Of a DNA stretch of 64,000 nt, positions 13,412 to 22,406 are shown piece by piece. The notes under the pieces are model-generated. The model had not been told where the DNA came from, did not search any database, and was given only the letters and a program-made list of their open reading frames with translations. The translations under genes were made by a program, and so were the position numbers. Each line of letters starts with the position of its first letter. Within the stretch, counting starts at the first letter, position 1. Source of the DNA: Shigella phage Sf19; sequence record MF327005; one strand, given 5' to 3'.

Positions 13412-15790
13412 ATGGCTGAATATAAGCTAAGTGAGCTAAACAGTATTGATACAGTTCGCTCAGAAGATTTACTTCACCTAAGAATTATCAAAAGGTCTGA
13501 TATGCTAGGTGATGAAGACCGTAAAATGACCTATGCAAATTTCCTTGCCTCTTTCAAACTAGAAAGATTCTTACAACTAACTGGTGGGGATATGACAGGG
13601 AATCTTGGCATCGTTAAATTAAGATACGGTGGAAAAGACTTATTAGACCCAACAGGTTCTTCTGAGGTTATTCTCGGTGACACTGCCAAGACCTTTAGAA
13701 TTAATGCAAGTGCTTTAAGATTAACTGTAAATGATGCCACAAGGTCTGCAACAGTTTATCACACACTTAATAAACCATCTCCTAATGAATTAGGTATGAG
13801 AACTAATACTGAAAATGATGCAAGATACGCTATGAAGGAAACTGAAAATACCTTCTTGGCAAGACAAATCATTAATATCAACGGTGTTGGTTTGACACTT
13901 AAAAGTATCTTACCAGATGGTGGAGCATATATTGAAGCAAGAGACTCAAATAATGCTTTGAGATTCACAGTTGGTAACTTGACTTCTGGGACTGATGTTA
14001 CATTAGTTAACAGCAAAGGTGCTACGTTGACTCTTGGTACAAACTCTGTTAGTGTTGACAAGAACTTTGAAATCAATGGTCAGGTTCAGCCTAATAACTG
14101 GAACAACCTTGATGCAAGATTCTTTACACAGACTGCTGCTGACCAGAGATTTGCAAGACTTAATGCAAGTAATAACTTTGTTGGGGTTAACAACTTCAAC
14201 GGGAAGACTTATGTTATTGCAGATAGTAATGCACTTAACTTAAGAGCGGCTACAGAGAATGCTGCATTATTTATGCGTGGTTACAACAGTGCTGGGACAG
14301 GTGCTTGGTATGTGGGTCAACCAGATGGTACGCAGTCTGAGATTGTTTTAGCAAACCAGATGACAAATGTTAACTTGAAAATTGCTACAGAGTTTTCATT
14401 TAACAAAGCTATTAATGTATCTGGTCAGGTAAAACCAAGTGACTTCGCAAACTTTGATACAAGATATGTTCCAAGCTCTTTAACGAACGTGCTTGCAAGA
14501 ACTAATGCTGCAAACGTTTTTACTAACCCACAAACTATTGTTACTACAGATGCGGCTTTCACATTGCAAAGTGGGACAGCTAATTCATCACTGTATATTG
14601 TTGGCGCTAATGCAGACGGCAACAGACGTTGGTATATTGGTAACGGTGAAGGCAGTAGGCCAAATTCTCTGTTCCTGTACAACTATTCAAGTGGTGGTGT
14701 ACAGTTAGAAATTGCTGACACTTTCATGTTCAACAGAAGCGTATCAGTAACTGGTCAGGTTCAGCCTACAGATTGGACAAACTTCGACTCAAGATACTAC
14801 ACACAGTCTGCTGCAAACTCTAGATATATGTTATCTGGTGTATCTGGAACTGGAACAGAAGTAGGTGATGCAACAGGTATTGCTTGGAATTCAAAAACAG
14901 GTTTGTACAGTGTTACAAATTCAACTGGTGGGTCTACTCACTTAGTTTACCAAATGCACCTTGGAGTTGGTACATCTACACCGACTGCACAGTTTAAATT
15001 TAACTACAAGAATACTGGAATCTATTATAGAACAGCAAGGGATGGATTTGGTTTTGAAGAGGTTTGGGCTAAAATCTACACAGACCAAGACAAACCTACA
15101 CCTTCTGAACTTGGTGCTTACACCAAGGCTGAAGTAGACCAACGTATTGCTTCTGCTGTAACTGATTCTACAGACCTCAAGAAAGTGTATCCAGTTGGTA
15201 TTGTGACGTTCTTTGCTTCTAATGTCAACCCAAATACAGCTTTCCCAGGCACTACTTGGACTTACTTGACAGAGGGTGCAAACAGAACTATTAGAATTGG
15301 TTCTGCAAATGGTTCCGATGTGAAAGGTCTTGGTGGTTCTGATACGGTGGCTCTAAGTGTTGGTCATATTCCTGCGCACACTCATAGCTTCTCTGGAACA
15401 ACAAGTACATTTGATTATGGTACTAAGTACACAGACGCTCAAGGTGCTCACGACCATGACAGAGGTAACATGGAAATCTCTGGTGACTTTGGTTTCTTCA
15501 GAAGTGATGCAAACAGCTTCTATACAGCAAGTGGGGCATTCGCTATCTCAGGTTCACAAGCCTCTAGGGGTTATACTGGTTCACAATTCACTTATGGTAC
15601 ACCTGTCAACTTCTACGCATCAAGAACTTGGACAGGGAGAACAAGTTGGGTAGGTGCTCACGGTCACGGTGTAGGTATTGGTGCTCACAACCACACATTT
15701 AGTGGTAACACTGGTGCAACTGGTTCTGGTGCAGCATTCAGTGTTCTGAACACTTACATTAAATTAATGGCTTGGGTAAGAACTGCATAA
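13412..15790 (+). CDS. long tail fibre protein
   Basis: 792 aa; three internal copies of a GQV(Q/K)P-x-(N/D)(W/F)-x-N(L/F)D-x-R(F/Y) motif; C-terminal His-rich region (HTHSFSG, AHDHD, AHGHGVGIGAHNH) and ...LMAWVRTA end paralogous to upstream fibre. Confidence 0.75.
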   Translation: MAEYKLSELNSIDTVRSEDLLHLRIIKRSDMLGDEDRKMTYANFLASFKLERFLQLTGGDMTGNLGIVKLRYGGKDLLDPTGSSEVILGDTAKTFRINASALRLTVNDATRSATVYHTLNKPSPNELGMRTNTENDARYAMKETENTFLARQIININGVGLTLKSILPDGGAYIEARDSNNALRFTVGNLTSGTDVTLVNSKGATLTLGTNSVSVDKNFEINGQVQPNNWNNLDARFFTQTAADQRFARLNASNNFVGVNNFNGKTYVIADSNALNLRAATENAALFMRGYNSAGTGAWYVGQPDGTQSEIVLANQMTNVNLKIATEFSFNKAINVSGQVKPSDFANFDTRYVPSSLTNVLARTNAANVFTNPQTIVTTDAAFTLQSGTANSSLYIVGANADGNRRWYIGNGEGSRPNSLFLYNYSSGGVQLEIADTFMFNRSVSVTGQVQPTDWTNFDSRYYTQSAANSRYMLSGVSGTGTEVGDATGIAWNSKTGLYSVTNSTGGSTHLVYQMHLGVGTSTPTAQFKFNYKNTGIYYRTARDGFGFEEVWAKIYTDQDKPTPSELGAYTKAEVDQRIASAVTDSTDLKKVYPVGIVTFFASNVNPNTAFPGTTWTYLTEGANRTIRIGSANGSDVKGLGGSDTVALSVGHIPAHTHSFSGTTSTFDYGTKYTDAQGAHDHDRGNMEISGDFGFFRSDANSFYTASGAFAISGSQASRGYTGSQFTYGTPVNFYASRTWTGRTSWVGAHGHGVGIGAHNHTFSGNTGATGSGAAFSVLNTYIKLMAWVRTA

Positions 15791-15798
15791 TTACCTTG

Positions 15799-15827
15799 TT
15801 GACTAACTGTCAAGATGGTGTTAATAT
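15799..15827 (+). promoter_or_regulatory. sigma70-like promoter TTGACT-17-TAATAT
   Basis: Hexamers at 15799-15804 and 15822-15827; 10-bp inverted repeat CAAGATGGTG/CACCATCTTG (15811-15820, 15845-15854) overlaps it. Confidence 0.5.
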
Positions 15828-15876
15828 TTCTTAGTAGGTATTCTCACCATCTTGGCTCAAGAAGTAAGGTGATTAA

Positions 15877-16071
15877 ATGCCAACCATTCTAGCAATCCTC
15901 ATGAAAAACCTTGGGGCATTCTTTTGGAAGCTTCTTTTTTCTCTTCTCAGTGAATACATGATTGAAAAAGTGTTCTTTAAGCTTGCAAGATACCTTGCGA
16001 GCAAAACAGATACACCTATTGATGATGAATTTGTAGATACCTTGGAAAAGGCTTTTAAAGGTGAGAAATAA
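15877..16071 (+). CDS. small membrane protein (holin-like candidate)
   Basis: 64 aa with one hydrophobic segment (ILAILMKNLGAFFWKLLFSLL); own promoter; function inferred only. Confidence 0.4.
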   Translation: MPTILAILMKNLGAFFWKLLFSLLSEYMIEKVFFKLARYLASKTDTPIDDEFVDTLEKAFKGEK

Positions 16072-16445
16072 TGAAGTGGCTTGAAGATGCTTTTAAGAAT
16101 AATATTGGTGCAATCGTTGTAGGTATTTTCAGTGTAATTGGTATGTACACTACAATGCAGGTCTCTGATGGTAAACAGGAAGTGTCTATCACAAATAAGT
16201 TACAGCAGTTGGATGGTTACTCAAAAGGTAACTATTCAGCTATTCGTGACTTACAATCTGATATGAAGCTCCTACAATTAGGGATGGAGAACCAGAAAGT
16301 TCAGCTAGAGAATGTTAAGGGAGAAAACGCTAAGTTGACTAAGACCCTTGATAAGTTCTCTGACAGTGTTAACAACTTAGCACAATCTGTATCAGCTTTG
16401 CAAGCAATTACAGAACAAAATACCCAAAGCACTAAAAAGAAATAA
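16071..16445 (+). CDS. membrane-anchored coiled-coil protein
   Basis: 124 aa, N-terminal TM segment (IGAIVVGIFSVIGMY) then predicted coiled coil; TAATG coupling. Confidence 0.45.
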   Translation: MKWLEDAFKNNIGAIVVGIFSVIGMYTTMQVSDGKQEVSITNKLQQLDGYSKGNYSAIRDLQSDMKLLQLGMENQKVQLENVKGENAKLTKTLDKFSDSVNNLAQSVSALQAITEQNTQSTKKK

Positions 16446-16449
16446 TTCT

Positions 16450-16477
16450 AAGGCTCCTTTTTACGGGAGCCTTTTTT
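16450..16477 (+). terminator. rho-independent terminator at convergent junction
   Basis: AAGGCTCC-loop-GGAGCCTT followed by TTTTT; lies between plus block end and thyA stop. Confidence 0.6.
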
Positions 16478-16481
16478 GTTT

Positions 16482-17381
16482 CTACTTACCTACTGATAAA
16501 GGTGCTTCAATCTTACCAGCATGTTTATACCCTTTCAACCCACCTAGGAAGTCATCTGCTGTCATATGTCTCAAGTCTTCAAGAGACTTCAAATCTTGAT
16601 GAATTTCAAACTTAGGTGCTGGGAACTCTTCATTACCAAGAAGCTGAAAAACCTGTGACATATGGTTCTGGTAGATTTGAGTATCACCATAAGTCCCTAC
16701 CAGATATCGCGGTGTATATCCCGTCAGTTTACACAACACTTCCAAGATAAAGGCATAGGAAGCAATGTTAAATGGTAACCCTAAGAAGGTATCACAAGAG
16801 CGCTGATACCATTTCAAATCCACCTCATTAGTGTTCGAGATATAAATCTGAAAAAGTACATGACAAGGTGCTAATGCCATAGAGTTACTTGAGATATCTG
16901 CTGCATTCCATGCGTTAACGAGCATGTAACGGTCTGTAGGAGACTTTCTCATCTTCTCTACAAGATTACTCAACTGGTCTACAACAACGCCACCATGACC
17001 TTCGTAGGCTCTCCATTGGACTCCATAGATTCTTCCTCCAGCGTCCTCCAGCCAATCATTCTCTGTAGCATAGGTTGTTTTCAACCAACGTTTAAAATCA
17101 TCTGTCCAGATAGTCCAACGCTCTCCGTCGTTCTCTCCCCAAGTTCTGTAACGCAAATGGCCTAGTTGGTTTTCACCGTTCATAAACCATAATGCTTCAC
17201 CGAGGACTTGACGCATAAATGTTTGTTTTGAGGTGATTAAAGGAAATCCACTACGCATATCAAAACGGAACTCAGGTGGAGCAAAGGTAGAAATCACTGA
17301 GCCAGTTCGGGTTTTACGCAACTCACCAACTGATAAAACATGGTTTAAAATAGCTTTGTAGCTTACATCTGCTTGTGACAT
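16482..17381 (-). CDS. thyA: thymidylate synthase
   Basis: ThyA signature blocks: RTGxxxxSxF, WN...ALAPCH (active-site Cys), YQRSCDxFLGLPFNIASYA. Confidence 0.85.
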   Translation of the reverse strand: MSQADVSYKAILNHVLSVGELRKTRTGSVISTFAPPEFRFDMRSGFPLITSKQTFMRQVLGEALWFMNGENQLGHLRYRTWGENDGERWTIWTDDFKRWLKTTYATENDWLEDAGGRIYGVQWRAYEGHGGVVVDQLSNLVEKMRKSPTDRYMLVNAWNAADISSNSMALAPCHVLFQIYISNTNEVDLKWYQRSCDTFLGLPFNIASYAFILEVLCKLTGYTPRYLVGTYGDTQIYQNHMSQVFQLLGNEEFPAPKFEIHQDLKSLEDLRHMTADDFLGGLKGYKHAGKIEAPLSVGK

Positions 17382-17382
17382 A

Positions 17383-17928
17383 TTAGAAACGTCCTCTTAC
17401 TTGTGGAACATAGGTATCAAACACCACAGACTTATCTTCTGAAGGTTTGGACTGTACTTTAGCAAATAAATCTGTGTCATACAAGTACTGGAAGAAACCC
17501 TCATAAGGTAGCTTGACAGTAGCCTCTTCAGTAACTTCCTTAATAACACTGTGGAAAACTACGTCAGCATACGGTAAAGCTGAGATTAAGATGTTGGCTC
17601 CACCGATTACTAAAACATCTTCCTCAATAGAGCTATCAATATACTTCAGGAAAGCCCCAAAAGCTTCAGGCTTAACTCTTGCTTTACAATGAGAGTCATC
17701 TTTAAAGTCCAGACCGTAAAAGTCAAGAGAGTTTGTCAAGATAAGGTTCTCACGGTTTGGCAACGGCTTGCTCCCAAGAGTCTTCCAAGTTTCGCTACCC
17801 ATCAAGACTAACTGGTTAACAGTCTGCTTCTTAAACTCTGCCATATCTTGTTTATTACGAGGCCAAGGCATTCCAGTAGCTGTGCCAAACTCCCCGTTAA
17901 TACCACTTGCAAAAATTAACTTAATCAT
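17383..17928 (-). CDS. folA: dihydrofolate reductase
   Basis: N-terminal IGxxxxMPW and GxxTW DHFR motifs; immediately upstream of thyA. Confidence 0.8.
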   Translation of the reverse strand: MIKLIFASGINGEFGTATGMPWPRNKQDMAEFKKQTVNQLVLMGSETWKTLGSKPLPNRENLILTNSLDFYGLDFKDDSHCKARVKPEAFGAFLKYIDSSIEEDVLVIGGANILISALPYADVVFHSVIKEVTEEATVKLPYEGFFQYLYDTDLFAKVQSKPSEDKSVVFDTYVPQVRGRF

Positions 17929-18197
17929 TTTGTAAATCCTTTGATAATGAACCAGTTCAGAACACGCTTCACAATCCTGTTTGGATGGTAAATAAGGTGA
18001 GGTTGTGGTTCATAACTTCCGTAAGCCCAAAAAGATAAAATCTTTCCACATCCACAGCAACGGGTGTACTCTTCAGCGATATTGCCAGAGACAATCTCTG
18101 AAACTTCACCTTGGAAGTTCTCACCTCCACAATGGCAGCATTTAACTGGCTCACCATCATTCATGTAGCACTGTGATACTCCGCTTAAGATTTTCAT
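17925..18197 (-). CDS. zinc-ribbon protein
   Basis: 90 aa with CCHCGG...CCGCG cysteine clusters. Confidence 0.5.
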   Translation of the reverse strand: MKILSGVSQCYMNDGEPVKCCHCGGENFQGEVSEIVSGNIAEEYTRCCGCGKILSFWAYGSYEPQPHLIYHPNRIVKRVLNWFIIKGFTK

Positions 18198-18709
18198 TTT
18201 TTGTTTACCTTAAAAGTACGTTCAAATTTTAGTATGAAATCAAGGTCATCAACTTCACTTGACAAAAAATCTTCAAAGTGTTTTGGAACAAAGTCTAAGA
18301 AACTCATAGAACCAAAGTCACCTGTCAGTTTGATAGTGCCTTGTTCATACTCAGCAGTTACTACATGACCACCTTCAGTCTGCTTAACAATCTCTACAAT
18401 ATCAGCTATGAAGATGTTTAGCAATGCTTTAAAACTTCTTGGATACTGTGTATCTGAGTACAGTTCAATACTTGGCTCCAGATTAACTTCAATAGAACGG
18501 CTATCCCGTAGCTCTGGAGTAAATAAGTGAGCAGGAAGAACACACAGAGAGTCAGCAGTGTCTTCATCAATGAACTCAATAGTTCCTGCATCATAGTTAG
18601 TGTCAATCAAGAATGTCTTCTCAGTATGATTTGTGGACTTCATATGCTCAGACAACATTGATTTCAAGAACTCTGCTTCAGGCTGGCAAAGGGTAATTCC
18701 AATTTTCAT
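18194..18709 (-). CDS. hypothetical protein
   Basis: 171-aa ORF, coupled in minus-strand string. Confidence 0.5.
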   Translation of the reverse strand: MKIGITLCQPEAEFLKSMLSEHMKSTNHTEKTFLIDTNYDAGTIEFIDEDTADSLCVLPAHLFTPELRDSRSIEVNLEPSIELYSDTQYPRSFKALLNIFIADIVEIVKQTEGGHVVTAEYEQGTIKLTGDFGSMSFLDFVPKHFEDFLSSEVDDLDFILKFERTFKVNKK

Positions 18710-18710
18710 G

Positions 18711-19214
18711 TTAAACCTCTACAAAAGTATCTTTGTCATTATCGTACTTGAAGAATTTTATACACTTTTGTGTATTCCAGTCAACCTTTTCATCATAAGC
18801 AATACCTTTTGCTACACGCTTTCCAATGGTCTGTATAATGATTTCACGGAGCTTTCCATACTCCTTCCAAGGTCTTGAGCCAATAGTTATATTATATTTG
18901 TTATAGCTATCAATTGCTTGTTCGTTATAGCGTATCTCCATAGGACTTGCAGGTTTGTACAGATGGGGTAGTAAATTCCAACCCATATGACCTTCTTCTT
19001 TGGCTAGTTCTAGTTGGTGAAGATATTCATTCAACCGTCCATCTTCCTCAAGCCACCTGTGAAGTGTCTGCAAGCCTAAGATGTTGTTGTTAAAGTGTGA
19101 TGCACGTTTCACAGAACCTAAATCACAACGATAATCTGACTTTGGTAGTGACAGTATGCTGCCTTGCAATACACTGTACCCAAAGTATAAATCGAGTTTT
19201 AAGGGAAGAGACAT
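18711..19214 (-). CDS. hypothetical protein
   Basis: 167-aa ORF. Confidence 0.5.
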   Translation of the reverse strand: MSLPLKLDLYFGYSVLQGSILSLPKSDYRCDLGSVKRASHFNNNILGLQTLHRWLEEDGRLNEYLHQLELAKEEGHMGWNLLPHLYKPASPMEIRYNEQAIDSYNKYNITIGSRPWKEYGKLREIIIQTIGKRVAKGIAYDEKVDWNTQKCIKFFKYDNDKDTFVEV

Positions 19215-19558
19215 TTGATATCCTCATTTTTAAACACAAAAGTTGTGTAGTTGTGACCATCAACATCTAACCAGACAGCCTTAACATCAACACCATCTAG
19301 GTTCTCTGACAACTCTTTGATGAAGTGGTCTCGCACCTTTTTAGCACTTGTAGTTTCAAGTTTGATGTTAGAGATTGCAGAGCCAATTGCCATATAACCT
19401 CTTACACGATTTGCTTCAGTATGCTTCATACCACCAGTTGTGTAAACCTCTTTCAAGGTCTCCAGAATTGCATTACCATAAAGCTTCTCTGCTGGAGTTG
19501 GTTTACCATAGAAGCCAATTGCAAAGTTATCGTTAAAGATTGCATTTTCACGTTTCAT
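19199..19558 (-). CDS. hypothetical protein
   Basis: 119-aa ORF. Confidence 0.5.
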   Translation of the reverse strand: MKRENAIFNDNFAIGFYGKPTPAEKLYGNAILETLKEVYTTGGMKHTEANRVRGYMAIGSAISNIKLETTSAKKVRDHFIKELSENLDGVDVKAVWLDVDGHNYTTFVFKNEDIKCLFP

Positions 19559-19559
19559 A

Positions 19560-19859
19560 TTAATCTGCCAGCCTTAAGTTAAAGTTTACACCAAGTTTTG
19601 TACAAGCATTAAGCATGTACTCTAAAGAAATCTTTTGAGGGTCGTTAATGATATTTGACACACGACTCTGTGAGATTTCACAAACAGTTGCTACTTGAGC
19701 CTGAGAAAGTTTTAGCTTCTCAATCTCTTTAGAGAATCTGAAAGATACAAAGTCTTTCATCTCTTCTATATCCATTGGACAGACATAACTCTCCATTTCA
19801 GCCTCTCTATCAGCCTCCCAAGAATCTTGAGGTGCATATGGGTCAAAGACTTCATTCAT
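19560..19859 (-). CDS. helix-turn-helix DNA-binding protein
   Basis: C-terminal XRE-like HTH (QAQVATVCEISQSRVSNIIND). Confidence 0.5.
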   Translation of the reverse strand: MNEVFDPYAPQDSWEADREAEMESYVCPMDIEEMKDFVSFRFSKEIEKLKLSQAQVATVCEISQSRVSNIINDPQKISLEYMLNACTKLGVNFNLRLAD

Positions 19860-20055
19860 CTTTCTTTCTCCGTTTTCGAGAAGTGTCTATTAACGAATCA
19901 AGATTAGTTGCTCTGACGTTTTCACGAGTCCCATTGATGTAGTTATCTAAAGACTCTACAACGGTTGAATAATCACTTGCCCAAACTCTGTAAATAACTA
20001 CTCCGTCATCATCGACTACTTCACCGTAGTCTACTCTACAGATGTTCTTCTTCAT
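19852..20055 (-). CDS. hypothetical small protein
   Basis: 67-aa ORF, coupled. Confidence 0.4.
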   Translation of the reverse strand: MKKNICRVDYGEVVDDDGVVIYRVWASDYSTVVESLDNYINGTRENVRATNLDSLIDTSRKRRKKDE

Positions 20056-20057
20056 GA

Positions 20058-20438
20058 TTATAAACCCATGCAGTGACGATTTTCAATAAAGTATTGAACA
20101 CCTTTGAAAGACTCACGCATAAAATTATCTTTCACATCTTCTACAGTCTCAATACCTTTGCTATCAAGAATGTCAACGTTCTGAGTAACCATCTCATCTG
20201 CTAATCTGTCATAGTAATCTCCCATAAAATGGTAGTTGTAGTCAACCATCTTATCAGTCATTTCTTGAACAGTCTGAGCAGACAACGGTTTAGTCAACTC
20301 TCCAGCATTTGAAGCGATTTTCTGTACAATCTTACAAGATTCTAAAGCGACACCATTAAAGTTTGCTTCAGGCATCTTCATAGCTGCTGCACTAAAACTC
20401 ATACCAATAGCAATGACACCAACAAGTAACTTTTTCAT
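20058..20438 (-). CDS. secreted/periplasmic protein
   Basis: N-terminal signal peptide-like MKKLLVGVIAIGMSFSAAA; CCTCC (GGAGG on minus) upstream. Confidence 0.5.
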   Translation of the reverse strand: MKKLLVGVIAIGMSFSAAAMKMPEANFNGVALESCKIVQKIASNAGELTKPLSAQTVQEMTDKMVDYNYHFMGDYYDRLADEMVTQNVDILDSKGIETVEDVKDNFMRESFKGVQYFIENRHCMGL

Positions 20439-20530
20439 AACTACCTCCTATATAAAATTTTGTATACATTTGAGTATAAAAATAAGCTATAACACCTGAC
20501 TTGTCAACAGATTTTATAGCTTATTTGGCA

Positions 20531-20790
20531 GATTTTTTATAAGGCTACTGCCATCCTTCCGCACCCGACCTGACCTCGCCCAACCTTACCTGACTGAACC
20601 ACACCCGACCAAACATCACTTAAAAACCCTTTTCAAAGACTCTTAAGTGATGTAATCGAATTTTTATGTAGCTCCGATTAACTACCCATACCTAACCCCA
20701 CCTTGCCACACCGAACCAGACCAAACCCAGCCTCATTAAAAGACCCTTTTAAAGACCTTTTAAAAAGGAGCCTCCGAAGAGGCTACCTAG
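20531..20790. repeat. composite structured non-coding element, copy A
   Basis: No ORF >=60 aa; two C+A-rich tracts with 10-bp phased ACC units (20551-20610, 20683-20732), 11-bp-stem inverted repeat (20613-20653), hairpin (20653-20680), AT-rich quasi-palindrome; homologous to 21906-22190. Confidence 0.7.
20761..20787 (-). terminator. rho-independent terminator (minus-strand sense)
   Basis: On minus strand AGCCTC-TTCG-GAGGCT followed by CCTTTTT; directly after stop of 20796-21236. Confidence 0.55.
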
Positions 20791-20795
20791 TCAAC

Positions 20796-21236
20796 TTAGA
20801 AAGGTTTTCTACGTTGCTTGTTAATGTTAGCTTTCATGGCAGCTAAATGGTTTTGCTGTTCAATCAGTCGTGAACGTTCTTGATGACTAAGTGCCATAGT
20901 GTTCACATTCTCAATCGCTTGAGTGGCTTGTTTTAAAGCACGACCAATCTTACTAGACATTTTACGTTTTGCAATAGTTGCTTGATGTTTAGGTTCCACC
21001 ACACGATAACCAACACCCATTGAAGTGACCAGATAAATCTTCTCTTCTTTAAGAAGCTTCTCAATAAACTTCTCAAGTCGATTTAGGCGTGTAAGTGCGT
21101 AAGCTTTCATTTCATCTTCGTACTTAACAATGTCACCTTGATAAGTCGGCTTCACAATACCTAAGAAGGTGTCCATCTCAGAGTGTGATACAGTATCACC
21201 GTAACTGAACTTTGCTGCTAATGCTTTTGTATTCAT
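20796..21236 (-). CDS. hypothetical protein
   Basis: 146-aa ORF bracketed by the two composite elements. Confidence 0.5.
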   Translation of the reverse strand: MNTKALAAKFSYGDTVSHSEMDTFLGIVKPTYQGDIVKYEDEMKAYALTRLNRLEKFIEKLLKEEKIYLVTSMGVGYRVVEPKHQATIAKRKMSSKIGRALKQATQAIENVNTMALSHQERSRLIEQQNHLAAMKANINKQRRKPF

Positions 21237-21238
21237 AA

Positions 21239-21844
<606 letters not shown>

Positions 21845-21905
21845 TTAGTTGATTGTTAAGTTGTTTGTAAAGAACCCTCAACAGAAGACTCTTTAGAAAC
21901 TTGGT

Positions 21906-22190
21906 AGATTTTTAACGTGGCTACTACCATCCACCCTTACCTCACTTTACCTAACCTGACCTTACCAGACCCAACCGGACACTACCCTACCTAGCGAAAC
22001 CTCATTAAAAGACCCTCTTTAAAGACCTTTTAAAAAGGTGAGTCTCATTTTAATGTAGCTGAGACTAACTACCCTCACCAAACCGGACCAGACCCAACCC
22101 AGCCATACCAGACCATACCACACCCAACCGAACCGAACCTTACCGAGCATCACTTAAAACCCTTTTCAAAGACTCTTAAGTGATGCTGGT
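21906..22190. repeat. composite structured non-coding element, copy B
   Basis: Same modules as copy A in different order: phased tracts 21932-22001 and 22070-22139, quasi-palindrome 22000-22038, hairpin 22041-22066, inverted repeat 22147-22186. Confidence 0.7.
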
Positions 22191-22406
22191 GAGTACCCGT
22201 TGGTTTATGCTGCTCAGTATACTCACCAAATTTTCTATGTCAACAACTTTATATTAAAAATTCTCTGACTACTGCATTTACTACAAATGATAACAGAGTA
22301 AGGGCTAAGGCTGATTTGTATGTTATGCTTAACAGTTTACTTATGAAGTAAGATAATGATAAAACAACAAAAACAAACAGGATAATTGCGCTAAACATGC
22401 TAACCT

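Noticed and set aside
16482-17381. Thymidylate synthase homologue as a dUMP or dCMP hydroxymethylase (DNA hypermodification)
   Set aside because: All ThyA signature blocks are conserved and a DHFR gene is adjacent, which fits a genuine thymidylate synthase; specificity cannot be called from sequence alone and no modification-pathway kinases or transferases were seen.
19560-19859. HTH protein as a CI-like repressor indicating a temperate lifestyle
   Set aside because: No integrase, excisionase or attachment site found in the window; the gene sits in a lytic-type early/middle block, so it is more likely a transcription regulator.
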